Assembly (NCBI GenBank): GCA_964509425.1
Contig: CAZDWZ010000008.1
Span: 17,011-81,010 of the forward strand
Origin: an uncultured Bdellovibrionales bacterium
GTDB taxonomy: Bacteria > Bdellovibrionota_C > UBA2361 > SZUA-149 > CAZDWZ01
Direction: 5' to 3'
Length of the DNA stretch: 64,000 bases
Under the pieces are notes generated by a model, which was not told the DNA's origin, did no database searches, and saw only the letters and a list, made by a program, of their open reading frames with translations. Both the position numbers and the translations under genes were made by a program. Numbering within the stretch: the first letter of the stretch is position 1; the number at the start of each line of letters is the position of its first letter. Positions 45,134-54,912 of this stretch are shown here, one piece after another.

Positions 45134-45985
45134 ATGAGTGCGCCTGGAAAAAACCTGGGATCGTTTCTGATCTTCTTTCTCGGCCTGGTTATCTTGCTTT
45201 CGCCCTCTGCTCCCCGGTGGATGATGCAGCAATCGCTCAGCGCGAATGCCGGCTCTCGGCTTGATGCCGCTCTGGAGCGGAATATGAAGGTTTTCGGCAC
45301 CGTGTCTGTGTTGAAGGGACTTCTCGGCGTTGTTGAGGGAAGTGCAGCGGGCGCCTCCATGGGAGCAAGTCTTCAGGTCGAAATCGGAGACATTATCGAA
45401 GCGCCCTATGATTATGTGAACTTCGTCTGGGAGCTGTTACTGACTTCTCTCTTCGTCATCAGCGTTTATAAGCTTGTGCTCGAGAGTGGAGTGCTCAGTC
45501 TTGGAATCATTCTGGTTGGCGGAGGGCTTTGTCTGCTTTCGCTCGTTCGTTTTCTGACGCGCCGAAGGATGAGAAGCCGGACGGCGTTGTTTGCGCGGCA
45601 GACGTTTGCTGCCGGCGTGTTGTTTGCCTATGGGCTTCCACTTGCGATTGCACTGTCCGATGGCATTGCGCAGCGCTTTACGGCTCCACTCGAACGGAAA
45701 GCTGCCGCGGAGCTCTCGACGATCGGGAAGGAGTTTGAGATCACCCTAAAAACATTCTTCGGCATTCGGGAGAAGTTCTCTCCTTTTCATCCGGGCGAGA
45801 GTTTGCAAGCAATGATTGACGCGGCATCAGCGCTTGGGACGAGCACCCTTTCGCTCGCCGAACGTTCGATACACGCAGCGTTTTATTTTCTCGCGGTCCA
45901 ACTATTTGCACTGCTCGTGTTGCCGGTGCTCCTTCTCGCGACCTTTTATCAGCAGCGGCCGATGTTGAGGAGGGCGTTGAGGTAA
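45134..45985 (+). CDS. Hypothetical polytopic membrane protein
   Basis: 283 aa with 5 or more hydrophobic helices. No motif recognised. Confidence 0.6.
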   Translation: MSAPGKNLGSFLIFFLGLVILLSPSAPRWMMQQSLSANAGSRLDAALERNMKVFGTVSVLKGLLGVVEGSAAGASMGASLQVEIGDIIEAPYDYVNFVWELLLTSLFVISVYKLVLESGVLSLGIILVGGGLCLLSLVRFLTRRRMRSRTALFARQTFAAGVLFAYGLPLAIALSDGIAQRFTAPLERKAAAELSTIGKEFEITLKTFFGIREKFSPFHPGESLQAMIDAASALGTSTLSLAERSIHAAFYFLAVQLFALLVLPVLLLATFYQQRPMLRRALR

Positions 45986-45995
45986 AGGAAAAAGC

Positions 45996-47003
45996 TTATC
46001 CTCGAGAAGGGGTAACGTGTCTCCCGAAAACTTCCATCGAGCCCGAGCGGCCTTCGAGAGTAAAAAATCCGAGACTGTGAAGAGTCTGTTCGCCCGCGAG
46101 GAGTTCTGCAGTTTGGCCGCTGACGATGAGCTTCTCGGAGAATCGATCCGCGAGATGCTCGAGTCGAAAAGCGATGTTCACCGTGTCTCCGAGAACTGTG
46201 TAACTTCCCTTGCCTCCGCCCACGCTTCCGAGGAGAGCCGTTCCGCTGTGAATAACCGCTCGGCATTGCCACGGGGAAGCGGAGGAATGTTTCCAGTTGG
46301 CAAACGTCTCTTGAGTGAGTGTGGCCTCGACGATCTCCGTTCCTGCTCGGGCGGCGTTCTGCGCAAGCGACTGAGGACTTGCGCTGTCACTTCGCCAAAG
46401 TGCCATCACACAATCGCCGATGAATTTATCAACCGTGCCTTGATGTTTCGTGATGACTCCCGCCGCGAAGTTCAACCAATTTCGAAGGGTATCCATCACG
46501 TCGGCCTCAGGATGGACCTGTGTCATGCTCGTGTATCCGCAGACATCAACGAGGAGCACGCTCACCTCAAACGGTTGCATATTCGAAAGCACTGTCCGTG
46601 CCGACTCGCTCGTTCCTTGGTCCTGGTTCTGGGTGAGGGTGACGATGAACTGATAATTTCCGATCTGCACCTCGTCGCGGTCCGCGAGATCAACCGGGGC
46701 ATTCATGCGGTTACCGTTGACGAAGGTGCCGTTGGTGCTGGACAGGTCGCTGATGACCACGCCAGTTCGAGACGCACTAAAAAGCGCATGAAATCTTGAT
46801 ACTTTCGACTCAGCCAGGACGAGATCGTTATTGGCGGAACGTCCAATTCGAAAAGACTGCCCTGCCGTGAGGAAATATTCGTTCACCGGGGTGGGTGCGG
46901 CGTCTCCGATCGGCGAGACTCGAAGCTGAGCAATAGGCTCCAGCGCGGAAGAGAGTGCCGCAGTTCCGGCCGGAGAGCCTGGTGGACGTTCAGATGACGA
47001 CAT
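45996..47003 (-). CDS. FHA domain fused to a class III adenylate/guanylate cyclase domain
   Basis: FHA: FRIGRSANNDLVLAESKVSRFHALF...SSTNGTFVNGNRM. Cyclase: VSVLLVDVCGYTSMT...KFIGDCVMALW...GDTVNIAFRLE. Confidence 0.88.
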   Translation of the reverse strand: MSSSERPPGSPAGTAALSSALEPIAQLRVSPIGDAAPTPVNEYFLTAGQSFRIGRSANNDLVLAESKVSRFHALFSASRTGVVISDLSSTNGTFVNGNRMNAPVDLADRDEVQIGNYQFIVTLTQNQDQGTSESARTVLSNMQPFEVSVLLVDVCGYTSMTQVHPEADVMDTLRNWLNFAAGVITKHQGTVDKFIGDCVMALWRSDSASPQSLAQNAARAGTEIVEATLTQETFANWKHSSASPWQCRAVIHSGTALLGSVGGGKGSYTVLGDTVNIAFRLEHLADRFSEKLIVSGQTAELLAGEQTLHSLGFFTLEGRSGSMEVFGRHVTPSRG

Positions 47004-47203
47004 GAAACACCCGTACTACATCTTGGGAGAAGTTTATTGCTGCACCCCTTGCTTACCTTAACCTCTCGTAATACTTCAAATATTTGAATCCTGCACAGGG
47101 CTTTTTGCATCTTCTTCTTAACTGTTCGGCTGATTGACCGGTGTCGGGTGGAGAAAGGTTCAAAAGAAGCCAAAAGCGTGACGAGTTCGCGGAGCGTTCG
47201 GGG

Positions 47204-50200
47204 ATGAAGCGTTGGAAGGTGTATGCGGTTTTGCTTCCGCTGGAGCTCGCTCTGCTCCTCTTCCTTGCGGTTGCCTGTGAACTGAAGGCGTCGAGTTTGC
47301 AAGCGCGCTTCTTCTCGAGAGTCGCAAGCCAAAGTACGTTTTCTCTCGAGCGCGGGCCGAGCCCACAAATTCTTTTTCCGACGTACGGACCATTCGACAT
47401 TCGCCGTGGCTACACGCGCTTGCCTCAAGTAAGCGATCGTCTTCTCGATGCCGGATATCAGATCGACGCACAGGCGCGAATGTCGCCGCGAATGTTGCAG
47501 TTGTTTCAATTCGGAATTTTCCCCACCTACGCAGAGCACACCACTGCGGGTCTCCAGATCTTCGACAAAAATAAAGAAAGCATACATTCCTCACTTCGCC
47601 CTATTCGTTCGTTTGCGAGTTTCGAGGACATTCCTCCTGTCGTCGTAAAGACTTTGCTGTTCATCGAAAACCGGGAAATACTTGACGCGATCCACAGTCA
47701 GAAAAATCCAGCCGTAGAATGGGATCGGTTGGGAAAAGCCGTCGTTGAGAAAGCGATTCAAGAGCTCTATCCAGACCGCTCCGCGCCGGGCGGGAGCACA
47801 CTCGCGACACAGCTCGAAAAGTACCGGCACGCCTATCAGGGCCGCACCATCAATGCGAAGGATAAATTTCAACAAATGCTCTCGGCGAGCTTTCGTGCGT
47901 ATCTCGACGGACCGGAAACGCTCCCTCGGAGAAAACAAATTATTCTCGACTACATGAACTCCATTCCACTCGCCGCGCTTCCCGGATACGGTGAAGTGAA
48001 CGGCCTCGGAGACGGACTGTGGGCCTGGTATGGTACGGACATGGATCAAGTTGCTCCTCTCCTTCGAGAAGATTTTGTTCCGACAACGGAAGCGGAAGCA
48101 GAGCAGCAGGCTCGAGCATTCAAACAAGTGCTCAGCCTTTTCATCAGCCACCGACGCCCCTCACACTTCTTGCTCATCGATGTAAACATTTTGAATGCGC
48201 TGACTGATGAGTATCTTCAAGTCTTGAACAATAACCGGATCATCCGGACTCCGCTCAAGACAGCCGCAACACAGATCGAGCTCCGCTTGCAAACGGAAGC
48301 GAGCACTCCGGCACCCATCTCGTTCACCCGTCGGAAGGCGGCGAATGCAATTCGAACTCAGCTCCTCCAGACGTGCGGCCTTTCGAAGCTCTACGATCTG
48401 GATCAGGTGGACCTCACCGTTGAGAGCACGGTCGATCGGCGCGCACAGGACGCGGTCGCCGATGTTTTGAATTCGCTGAAGGATAAGAAAAAAGCGCAGG
48501 AATTAGGGCTCACCGGCGAAAAAACTCTTTCAAAGGGCGATCCGGCAAAAGTTATCTACAGCGTCACGCTCTACGAACACCAAGCCGGAATGAACCTGCT
48601 TCGCGTCGAGACCGACAACTACGATAAACCTTTCAGTATCAACGAAGGGACGAAGCTCGATTTGGGTTCGACCGCGAAGCTCCGCGTGACCGCAAACTAT
48701 TTGAAGATTGTGGGCGATCTTTGGGATCAATATTCCTCGCTTTCGAAGCCAGAGCTCGTCAAGAAACTCACGACGCTTACCGACCCGATTAGTATTTGGG
48801 TTGTGGAATATCTCCGGGATAATCCGACGAGAACTCTTCCCGGGATACTCGACGCGGCGATGATGCGGCAGTACTCGGCGAGTCCTGCCGAAGGATTCTT
48901 CACCGGCGGCGGCCTTCACCACTTTGCAAACTTTCGGAAGGAGGACAACGGCCGAACCGTTACAATTCAGGAATCAATCCGGCTCTCGATTAACCTGCCA
49001 TTTATCAGGCTCATGCGAGATCTCGTCAGGTATTACATGGCGCAGATTCCCGGTTCGCCCACGAGAACGAACGATAAAATGAACGACGAGGCGAGGCGGG
49101 TATACCTCGCGAAATTCGCGGACAAAGAAGGGAGTTACTTTCTCGAGCAGTTCTATCAAAAGTATCAGAAGCTTTCGAAGGAGGAGTTGCTCGCGCTACT
49201 CGTTCAAACCGTGCGTGGAACCCCCAGCCGGCTCGCCGCAGTTTTTCGTTATCTCCGGCCGCAGTCGACGACCGAAGAATTTTCGGCGTTTTTGCACGAC
49301 TCGGCGCCGAGTCTCCATCTTTCATCCGCGAACATTCAATCGCTCTATGACAACTATGGTCCGGGGAAGTTCAGTTTGCAGGATCAAGGATATATTGCAC
49401 GAGTTCATCCGCTCGAGCTCTGGCTCGCAGGGTATCTGTATAATCATCCGGGGTCATCGTTTCGAGACGCGCTCGACGCGAGCACGAATGAAAGACAAGA
49501 AGTATATGAATGGCTCTTCAAGAGCCGTTCACGCCAGGCGCAAGACAGTCGCATTCGAACGCTGGTGGAAACGGAAGCATTTCTCGAAATGCATCGTGCT
49601 TGGAGGCAGGTCGGATATCCGTTCGAAAGCTTGGTTCCGTCTTACGCCACGGCAATCGGCAGCTCCGGCGATCGTCCCGCGGCTCTCGCGGAGCTCGTCG
49701 GCATTATCTTGAACGACGGTATTCGCTACCCAAATGTGCGGGTGGAACGGCTTCAATTCGGACGCGAAACGCCGTATGAGACCGTCTTTCGTCGGCTCCC
49801 GACCACAGGCGAGCGAGTGTTGAAAAGCGAAGTTGCTGCACGCCTTCGAAAGGCGATCGCCGACGTCGTCGAGAACGGAACGGCGCGCCGCGTGAACGGG
49901 GTGTTCAAAGATCTCGATGGGACACCGCTTGTTGTCGGCGGAAAAACGGGGACCGGAGACCATCGCTACGAAAAATTTGGAAAAGGTGGAGCGCTCATTT
50001 CGTCGCGAGTTGTCAATCGGACGGCGACCTTTGCGTTTTATCTCGGAGACAGATTTTTTGGCGTGGTATCTGCCCACGTTCAAGGGCCGAGCGCTGCGGA
50101 CTATGACTTTACGAGTGCGCTTGCGGCTGGATTGCTGAAGGCACTGGAGCCGGCCGTTACACCGCTCGTTCACGATTCTCTCCGTTCGACATCCGCCGGA

Positions 50201-50317
50201 AGAGGAATTGAGCGTGACTCCGAACAATGTCGTGTTTACGATAGAAAGAGGCCGGTCGCGGAGTATTTCGTGAGAACGGTTATTGAGCGCCTCGTACCCG
50301 AAGTTCAGTGCGAGTAG
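47204..50317 (+). CDS. Bifunctional penicillin-binding protein (GT51 transglycosylase + transpeptidase), PBP1-type
   Basis: TM anchor VYAVLLPLELALLLFLAV. GT51-like LLFIENREILD and GGSTLATQL. Transpeptidase motifs GSTAKL (SxxK) and GGKTGTG (KTG). Start placed at ATG 47204. Confidence 0.88.
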   Translation: MKRWKVYAVLLPLELALLLFLAVACELKASSLQARFFSRVASQSTFSLERGPSPQILFPTYGPFDIRRGYTRLPQVSDRLLDAGYQIDAQARMSPRMLQLFQFGIFPTYAEHTTAGLQIFDKNKESIHSSLRPIRSFASFEDIPPVVVKTLLFIENREILDAIHSQKNPAVEWDRLGKAVVEKAIQELYPDRSAPGGSTLATQLEKYRHAYQGRTINAKDKFQQMLSASFRAYLDGPETLPRRKQIILDYMNSIPLAALPGYGEVNGLGDGLWAWYGTDMDQVAPLLREDFVPTTEAEAEQQARAFKQVLSLFISHRRPSHFLLIDVNILNALTDEYLQVLNNNRIIRTPLKTAATQIELRLQTEASTPAPISFTRRKAANAIRTQLLQTCGLSKLYDLDQVDLTVESTVDRRAQDAVADVLNSLKDKKKAQELGLTGEKTLSKGDPAKVIYSVTLYEHQAGMNLLRVETDNYDKPFSINEGTKLDLGSTAKLRVTANYLKIVGDLWDQYSSLSKPELVKKLTTLTDPISIWVVEYLRDNPTRTLPGILDAAMMRQYSASPAEGFFTGGGLHHFANFRKEDNGRTVTIQESIRLSINLPFIRLMRDLVRYYMAQIPGSPTRTNDKMNDEARRVYLAKFADKEGSYFLEQFYQKYQKLSKEELLALLVQTVRGTPSRLAAVFRYLRPQSTTEEFSAFLHDSAPSLHLSSANIQSLYDNYGPGKFSLQDQGYIARVHPLELWLAGYLYNHPGSSFRDALDASTNERQEVYEWLFKSRSRQAQDSRIRTLVETEAFLEMHRAWRQVGYPFESLVPSYATAIGSSGDRPAALAELVGIILNDGIRYPNVRVERLQFGRETPYETVFRRLPTTGERVLKSEVAARLRKAIADVVENGTARRVNGVFKDLDGTPLVVGGKTGTGDHRYEKFGKGGALISSRVVNRTATFAFYLGDRFFGVVSAHVQGPSAADYDFTSALAAGLLKALEPAVTPLVHDSLRSTSAGRGIERDSEQCRVYDRKRPVAEYFVRTVIERLVPEVQCE

Positions 50318-50356
50318 GCTGCTCACGGATCGACTGAAGGATCGACAAGGAGGTAT

Positions 50357-51346
50357 ATGGCCTCAGAGTTTGCTATCTCGCTAGAAGACGTTCGCCTCGC
50401 ACGGGAGAGAATCAAGCCGTATGTCCGTCATACCCCCATAGCGCCGCTCCCGTGGTTCGGGAACAATCTCCCCGCACATTTGTTGATCAAGCTCGAGAAC
50501 TTACAAGTAGCTGGATCATTCAAAAGCCGCGGGGCCTTTAACCATCTCCTCCTCCTCACCGAAGAGGAGAAGAAGCTCGGTGTCATCGCCGCGAGCGGCG
50601 GGAACCACGGATGCTCGGTGGTTTACGCTGCCTCCCGTTTGGGAGTTGAGGCGACGATCGTGCTTCCTGAGACCGCGACGCTCGACCGTGTTCAGCGGAT
50701 CGCCAGTCTCGGCGGCACGGTCGTTCCCTATGGTCAAAGCCCGACCGATGCTCTTAAGCTCGCGAGCAAAAAATCTGTGGAAGAGGGAAAAGTTTTCATT
50801 CATCCGTTCGACGGCGAGCGAACCTGGCAGGGAACCGGCACGCTCGGTCTGGAGCTTCTGGAGGATGTGCCGGACTTAGATTGCGTATTGGTTGCGATAG
50901 GTGGAGGTGGTCTCATCTCCGGTGTCGCGAGCGTCATCAAGCAGCATAAGCCGGACGTGAGAATTATCGGAGTCGAGCCGACGGGCGCCGCGACAATGTA
51001 TTGCAGCATTCAGGCAGGAAAGGTGATTGAGCTTCCGGTGGTGAACACGATTGCGGACACTCTGGCGCCTCGAAAAGTCGCGGAGGGCACGTATGCGTTC
51101 GCCAAACAGTTTGTGGACTCGTTCGTGCTGGTAACCGATGAGCAGATGCTCGATTCGATGAAGCTTCTCTGGAGGGACTACAATCAGCTCGTCGAGCCGG
51201 CTGGAGCCGCGGTCATCGCCGCCGTGCAATCAGGGATCGTGTCGCTCGAGAACTACAAGCGGCCGGTAGCGATTCTCTGCGGCGCGAACGCCTCGGCGCA
51301 GCCGACGTTTGACTATTATTCGAGCCTTTCTAAGAAAAAAGCGTAG
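50357..51346 (+). CDS. PLP-dependent threonine/serine dehydratase-like enzyme (no ACT domain)
   Basis: LENLQVAGSFKSRGA (PLP lysine) and GGGGLISG glycine loop. 329 aa. AAGGAGG SD upstream. Confidence 0.9.
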   Translation: MASEFAISLEDVRLARERIKPYVRHTPIAPLPWFGNNLPAHLLIKLENLQVAGSFKSRGAFNHLLLLTEEEKKLGVIAASGGNHGCSVVYAASRLGVEATIVLPETATLDRVQRIASLGGTVVPYGQSPTDALKLASKKSVEEGKVFIHPFDGERTWQGTGTLGLELLEDVPDLDCVLVAIGGGGLISGVASVIKQHKPDVRIIGVEPTGAATMYCSIQAGKVIELPVVNTIADTLAPRKVAEGTYAFAKQFVDSFVLVTDEQMLDSMKLLWRDYNQLVEPAGAAVIAAVQSGIVSLENYKRPVAILCGANASAQPTFDYYSSLSKKKA

Positions 51347-51408
51347 ACCGCCAAAAAACAATAAATACAGAAGTCCCTGTTAGGTTTGATTTTGGCGGAA
51401 GACGAGGA

Positions 51409-51466
51409 GCGGGATTAAAAAAAAGCGGAGTTTACTACTGTAAATGAGCATTTTTTTTAATCCCGC
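51409..51466. terminator. Bidirectional terminator-like hairpin between convergent genes
   Basis: gcgggattaaaaaaaa (51409-51424) pairs with ttttttttaatcccgc (51451-51466), a 16-bp stem. A second ccgccaaaa/ttttggcgg hairpin lies just upstream (about 51349-51399). Confidence 0.55.
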
Positions 51467-51492
51467 GACGAAGTATTACGTCAAAAGCGAAC

Positions 51493-52029
51493 CTAACCCC
51501 TTTTCCCCAACCGGGCGAGCTGGGCCATGATGCCCTGATGAACTTCTTCGCTGGTCTCGACCACTTCCTTAAATCCGTCGAGAGTGAGGCCCTCTGCCGC
51601 CTTCCGTGCGCGCATCGATTGCTCCATCGAGAGACCAAGAAGCTGGCGGAGTTTGACGGCAAACCGGGTCTCTTCGTCGGTGATCACCTTGTCGGCAGCG
51701 ATGATCCCCCACGCGAGCGTGAGAATGTGCTCACGCTGCTGAATGGTGAGATCGTTTCCGAGGGTCTGGAGATATTTAACAAGAAGCTCTTGAGAACCTG
51801 GTGATTGAACGTGAGTCAGAAGCTCTTCGGCATCGGCAGCCGAAATCCCGAATCGATGCTCGAGTTGCTTCAAGAGAAGTGCGTGCTCCGTCTCACCGAA
51901 GTTTTCATCCGCCAAGGCCGCAGACAGGAGGATTGTGGCAACAGCAATTTTCGTGTGCTCCTTTGCATCGAGGAGTGAGATGTTTTCGTTTTCTCCGACT
52001 CCGAAGTACCCTTGAATTTTCCCCAGCAT
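51493..52029 (-). CDS. TerB-like (tellurite-resistance TerB family) protein
   Basis: Two helical halves with AAALADENFGETEHALL and AWGIIAADKVITDEETRF, the TerB-type metal/ligand motif (from memory). Confidence 0.7.
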   Translation of the reverse strand: MLGKIQGYFGVGENENISLLDAKEHTKIAVATILLSAALADENFGETEHALLLKQLEHRFGISAADAEELLTHVQSPGSQELLVKYLQTLGNDLTIQQREHILTLAWGIIAADKVITDEETRFAVKLRQLLGLSMEQSMRARKAAEGLTLDGFKEVVETSEEVHQGIMAQLARLGKRG

Positions 52030-52106
52030 AACTTCAAATCCTTTCGTTGGTTTCCCGAGAGCACTTCGACCAGCTTGACTCTGCTACAGATATCGAAACT
52101 TTGGCA

Positions 52107-52886
52107 CTAATCCTCGAGTTCGAGAAGAAGCGGACAATGGTCCGAGCCGCGAATGTCCTCGAAGATATCAGCCTTCTTTACACGCTTCGCCAGCGCGTTC
52201 GACACAAAAAAATAGTCGATTCTCCACCCGAGGTTCTTCGCGCGTGAATTCGCTCGAAAGCTCCACCAGGAGTATCGGCCGGACACTTCGCCGTTTTTAA
52301 GGCGAAATGTATCAGTGAAGCCGAGCTCGACGAATTTATCCATCCACGCACGCTCTTCCGGAAGAAATCCGGTCAGTTGGCGCTTCGTGGCTTCGGCGGG
52401 GTGATGAATATCGACCTCTTTGTGGCAGATGTTGAAATCTCCCGTGATGATGAGTCTATCTCTGCGAGACTGGGGCAGGGATTGCAGGTGATCGAACACA
52501 CCATCCAGAAACTCATACTTGAAACCCTGGCGCTCCTCTCCCGAAGTGCCGGAAGGAAAGTAGATATTGTAGAGCGTGAGGTCGCCGTGTTCGGTGATAG
52601 TGAAACGTCCTTCTCGGTCGAACTCAGGAGTGCCGATTCCGTAGTGAACGGCCTGAGGAAGATACTTCGGAGTGCGAACAATGGTGGCGACACCCGAGTA
52701 TCCCTTCTTCTCGGCGGAAGAAAAATACCAATCTCCCTCCTCGTAGATCTCTTTTACGAGCTGCTCGCGCTGGGCTTTTGTCTCCTGCAGGCAGGCGACG
52801 TCCGGAGCCAGTTGCGTCAATATACCGGTGAGCCCCTTCTCGTGGACTGACCGGAGACCGTTGACGTTCCAGGAAACAAGTCTCAT
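52107..52886 (-). CDS. xth: Exodeoxyribonuclease III
   Basis: MRLVSWNVNGLRS, CLQETK, ITGDFN, WWSFR and GSDHCPL motifs. Confidence 0.93.
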   Translation of the reverse strand: MRLVSWNVNGLRSVHEKGLTGILTQLAPDVACLQETKAQREQLVKEIYEEGDWYFSSAEKKGYSGVATIVRTPKYLPQAVHYGIGTPEFDREGRFTITEHGDLTLYNIYFPSGTSGEERQGFKYEFLDGVFDHLQSLPQSRRDRLIITGDFNICHKEVDIHHPAEATKRQLTGFLPEERAWMDKFVELGFTDTFRLKNGEVSGRYSWWSFRANSRAKNLGWRIDYFFVSNALAKRVKKADIFEDIRGSDHCPLLLELED

Positions 52887-54682
52887 TTTTTTTCGTCAGG
52901 GAGCTTCAGTTGAATGTGAACTTCTTCGAGCTGTTTCGGACGAACCAACGATGGTGCGCCCATCAGCAAGTCCTCACCGGTCTGAGTGAGCGGGAACGAG
53001 ATGACTTCACGAATTGCTGTCTCTTGTGCGAGCAGCATCACGATGCGGTCGATTCCCGGCGCCATCCCTCCGTGAGGCGGAGCGCCGAACTTAAACGCCC
53101 TGATCATTCCACCGAAACGCTCATCGACGTCGTCCTTGGAGTAGCCGACAATTTCAAATGCCTTGTACATGATTTCCGGAAGATGGTTCCGGATTGCCCC
53201 GCTTGAGAGTTCGTAGCCATTGCAGACGATGTCGTACTGATACGCGTATATTTCGAGCGGGTTTTTCGTTTGAAGCGCTTCGAGTCCGCCTTGCGGCATA
53301 GAGAACGGGTTATGCCCGAAGTCGATCTTTCCCGTCTTCTCGTCTTCTTCGTAAAACGGCATGTCGGTAATCCAGCAGAGCTCCCAGCGCTCTTGGTCGA
53401 TCTTTTTCCAATCCAGACCGAGCTTTGTTCGAAGCCGTCCGAGAGGTGAGAGGATCTGCTTGTTCGAGCCAGCGGCGAGAAAAAGGACCAGTGCCTGGTT
53501 TGATGGAAATTTTTCTTTGAGCCTCTGTATCTGCGCCTCCGTGACGAACTTCGCGATGGAGCCCTTCACCTCGCCATTTTCGAGCGTGAGGTAGGCAAGT
53601 CCCGCGCCCGAGCTCTTCGTGAACTCTTCAACCGTGTCGTCAAAATACTTTCGAGCCGGAGCTTTCTCCATCTCGACGGCGATACCGCGAACCTTTCCGC
53701 CGTTGTCCAGAACGCCTCGGAAAATTTTAAACTCCGTATCTGCGAAGACGTCCGAGAGGTCGGTCATCTTGAGAGAATTTCTGAGATCCGGTTTGTCCGT
53801 TCCGTAGGTCTCCATCGAATCGGAATACCGAATTCGCGGAAAAGCCCCCTTCGTCATCGGCCAGTTCGAGAGGGTCGAGAAGAGGTGCGAGAAAATTTGC
53901 TCTCCTACACGGAAGACGTCTTCTTGCTCGACGAAGGACATCTCCATATCGAGCTGATAAAATTCGCCTGGTGAGCGATCCGCACGCGCGTCTTCGTCCC
54001 GGAAACAAGGAGCGATCTGGAAATACCGATCGAATCCCGCAATCATCAAGAGCTGCTTAAACTGCTGAGGCGCTTGCGGGAGAGCGAAAAACTTTCCGGG
54101 GTGGAGTCGCGATGGGACAATAAAATCCCGTGCACCTTCCGGCGAGCTGCTCGTGAGTATCGGAGTCTGAAACTCCACGAATCCCTGCTCATGCATAATA
54201 TTCCGCAGAGTTTGAATTACCCGTGAGCGGAGGAGGATGTTTGAATGAAGCTTGTCTCGCCGAAGCTCGAGGAACCGGTAGGTAAGGCGGAGATTCTCCG
54301 GAGCGTTGTCGTCTTCGGCAATTTGAAAAGGAAGTACCTCACTTTCCGAAAGCAGTTCGAGTGAGTCGCAGCGAACTTCAATCTCGCCCGTCGCGATTTT
54401 TGAGTTCGCGAGATCCTTGGGGCGGACAATGACCTTGCCGCGCACTTGAATGACGGACTCGGCTCGAATCTTCTGAATTTCTTCACGCTGACTATCGGAG
54501 AAGATGACCTGCGTCGTCCCGTAATTATCTCTTAAATCTATGAACACGAGCCCGCCGTGGTCGCGTTTCCGTGCGACCCATCCGGAGAGAGTCACCTCTT
54601 GGTCGAGGTGAGAAGAACGAAGTTCCCCACAGGTGTGGGAGCGATAGCGGCTTTTAAGCAGAGTCATAGAGGGCACGGTCAT
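52883..54682 (-). CDS. aspS: Aspartate--tRNA ligase (bacterial type)
   Basis: RSHTCGELR, FIDLRD, class II motifs FFALPQAPQQFKQ, QIAPCFRDED and GGMAPGIDRIVML. GAD insertion present. 599 aa. Confidence 0.97.
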   Translation of the reverse strand: MTVPSMTLLKSRYRSHTCGELRSSHLDQEVTLSGWVARKRDHGGLVFIDLRDNYGTTQVIFSDSQREEIQKIRAESVIQVRGKVIVRPKDLANSKIATGEIEVRCDSLELLSESEVLPFQIAEDDNAPENLRLTYRFLELRRDKLHSNILLRSRVIQTLRNIMHEQGFVEFQTPILTSSSPEGARDFIVPSRLHPGKFFALPQAPQQFKQLLMIAGFDRYFQIAPCFRDEDARADRSPGEFYQLDMEMSFVEQEDVFRVGEQIFSHLFSTLSNWPMTKGAFPRIRYSDSMETYGTDKPDLRNSLKMTDLSDVFADTEFKIFRGVLDNGGKVRGIAVEMEKAPARKYFDDTVEEFTKSSGAGLAYLTLENGEVKGSIAKFVTEAQIQRLKEKFPSNQALVLFLAAGSNKQILSPLGRLRTKLGLDWKKIDQERWELCWITDMPFYEEDEKTGKIDFGHNPFSMPQGGLEALQTKNPLEIYAYQYDIVCNGYELSSGAIRNHLPEIMYKAFEIVGYSKDDVDERFGGMIRAFKFGAPPHGGMAPGIDRIVMLLAQETAIREVISFPLTQTGEDLLMGAPSLVRPKQLEEVHIQLKLPDEKK

Positions 54683-54912
54683 AGGGAGTAAAAATCAGTA
54701 ATCTCTAGAAGAATCAATAGTTAGCTCAGGGGGTTCGATTTTCAGGGCGTACGGTATTACACCGTTTTGGCTCGAGATTTAGGAGCATACTCTAGGCGGG
54801 CGATTGGGCCAAGAATCTCGGTGGGAGTATTATCGAGATTCGGCTTCGTCTAGGTCGAGAAATGCGGACAAACGATCCGTTCGAGCTCCAGCAGTCAATT
54901 CTAGGGTGCGGA

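Noticed and set aside
49529-50326. 265-aa minus-strand ORF
   Set aside because: It is antisense to the transpeptidase half of the PBP, where the KTGT motif is on the plus strand.
54721-54745. tRNA-like fragment ttagctcagggggttcgatttt (D-arm-like AGCTCAG next to a T-arm-like GGTTCGATT)
   Set aside because: There is no acceptor stem or anticodon arm, and the two pieces are directly abutted. It cannot fold into a cloverleaf. It is probably chance and is too weak to call an att remnant.
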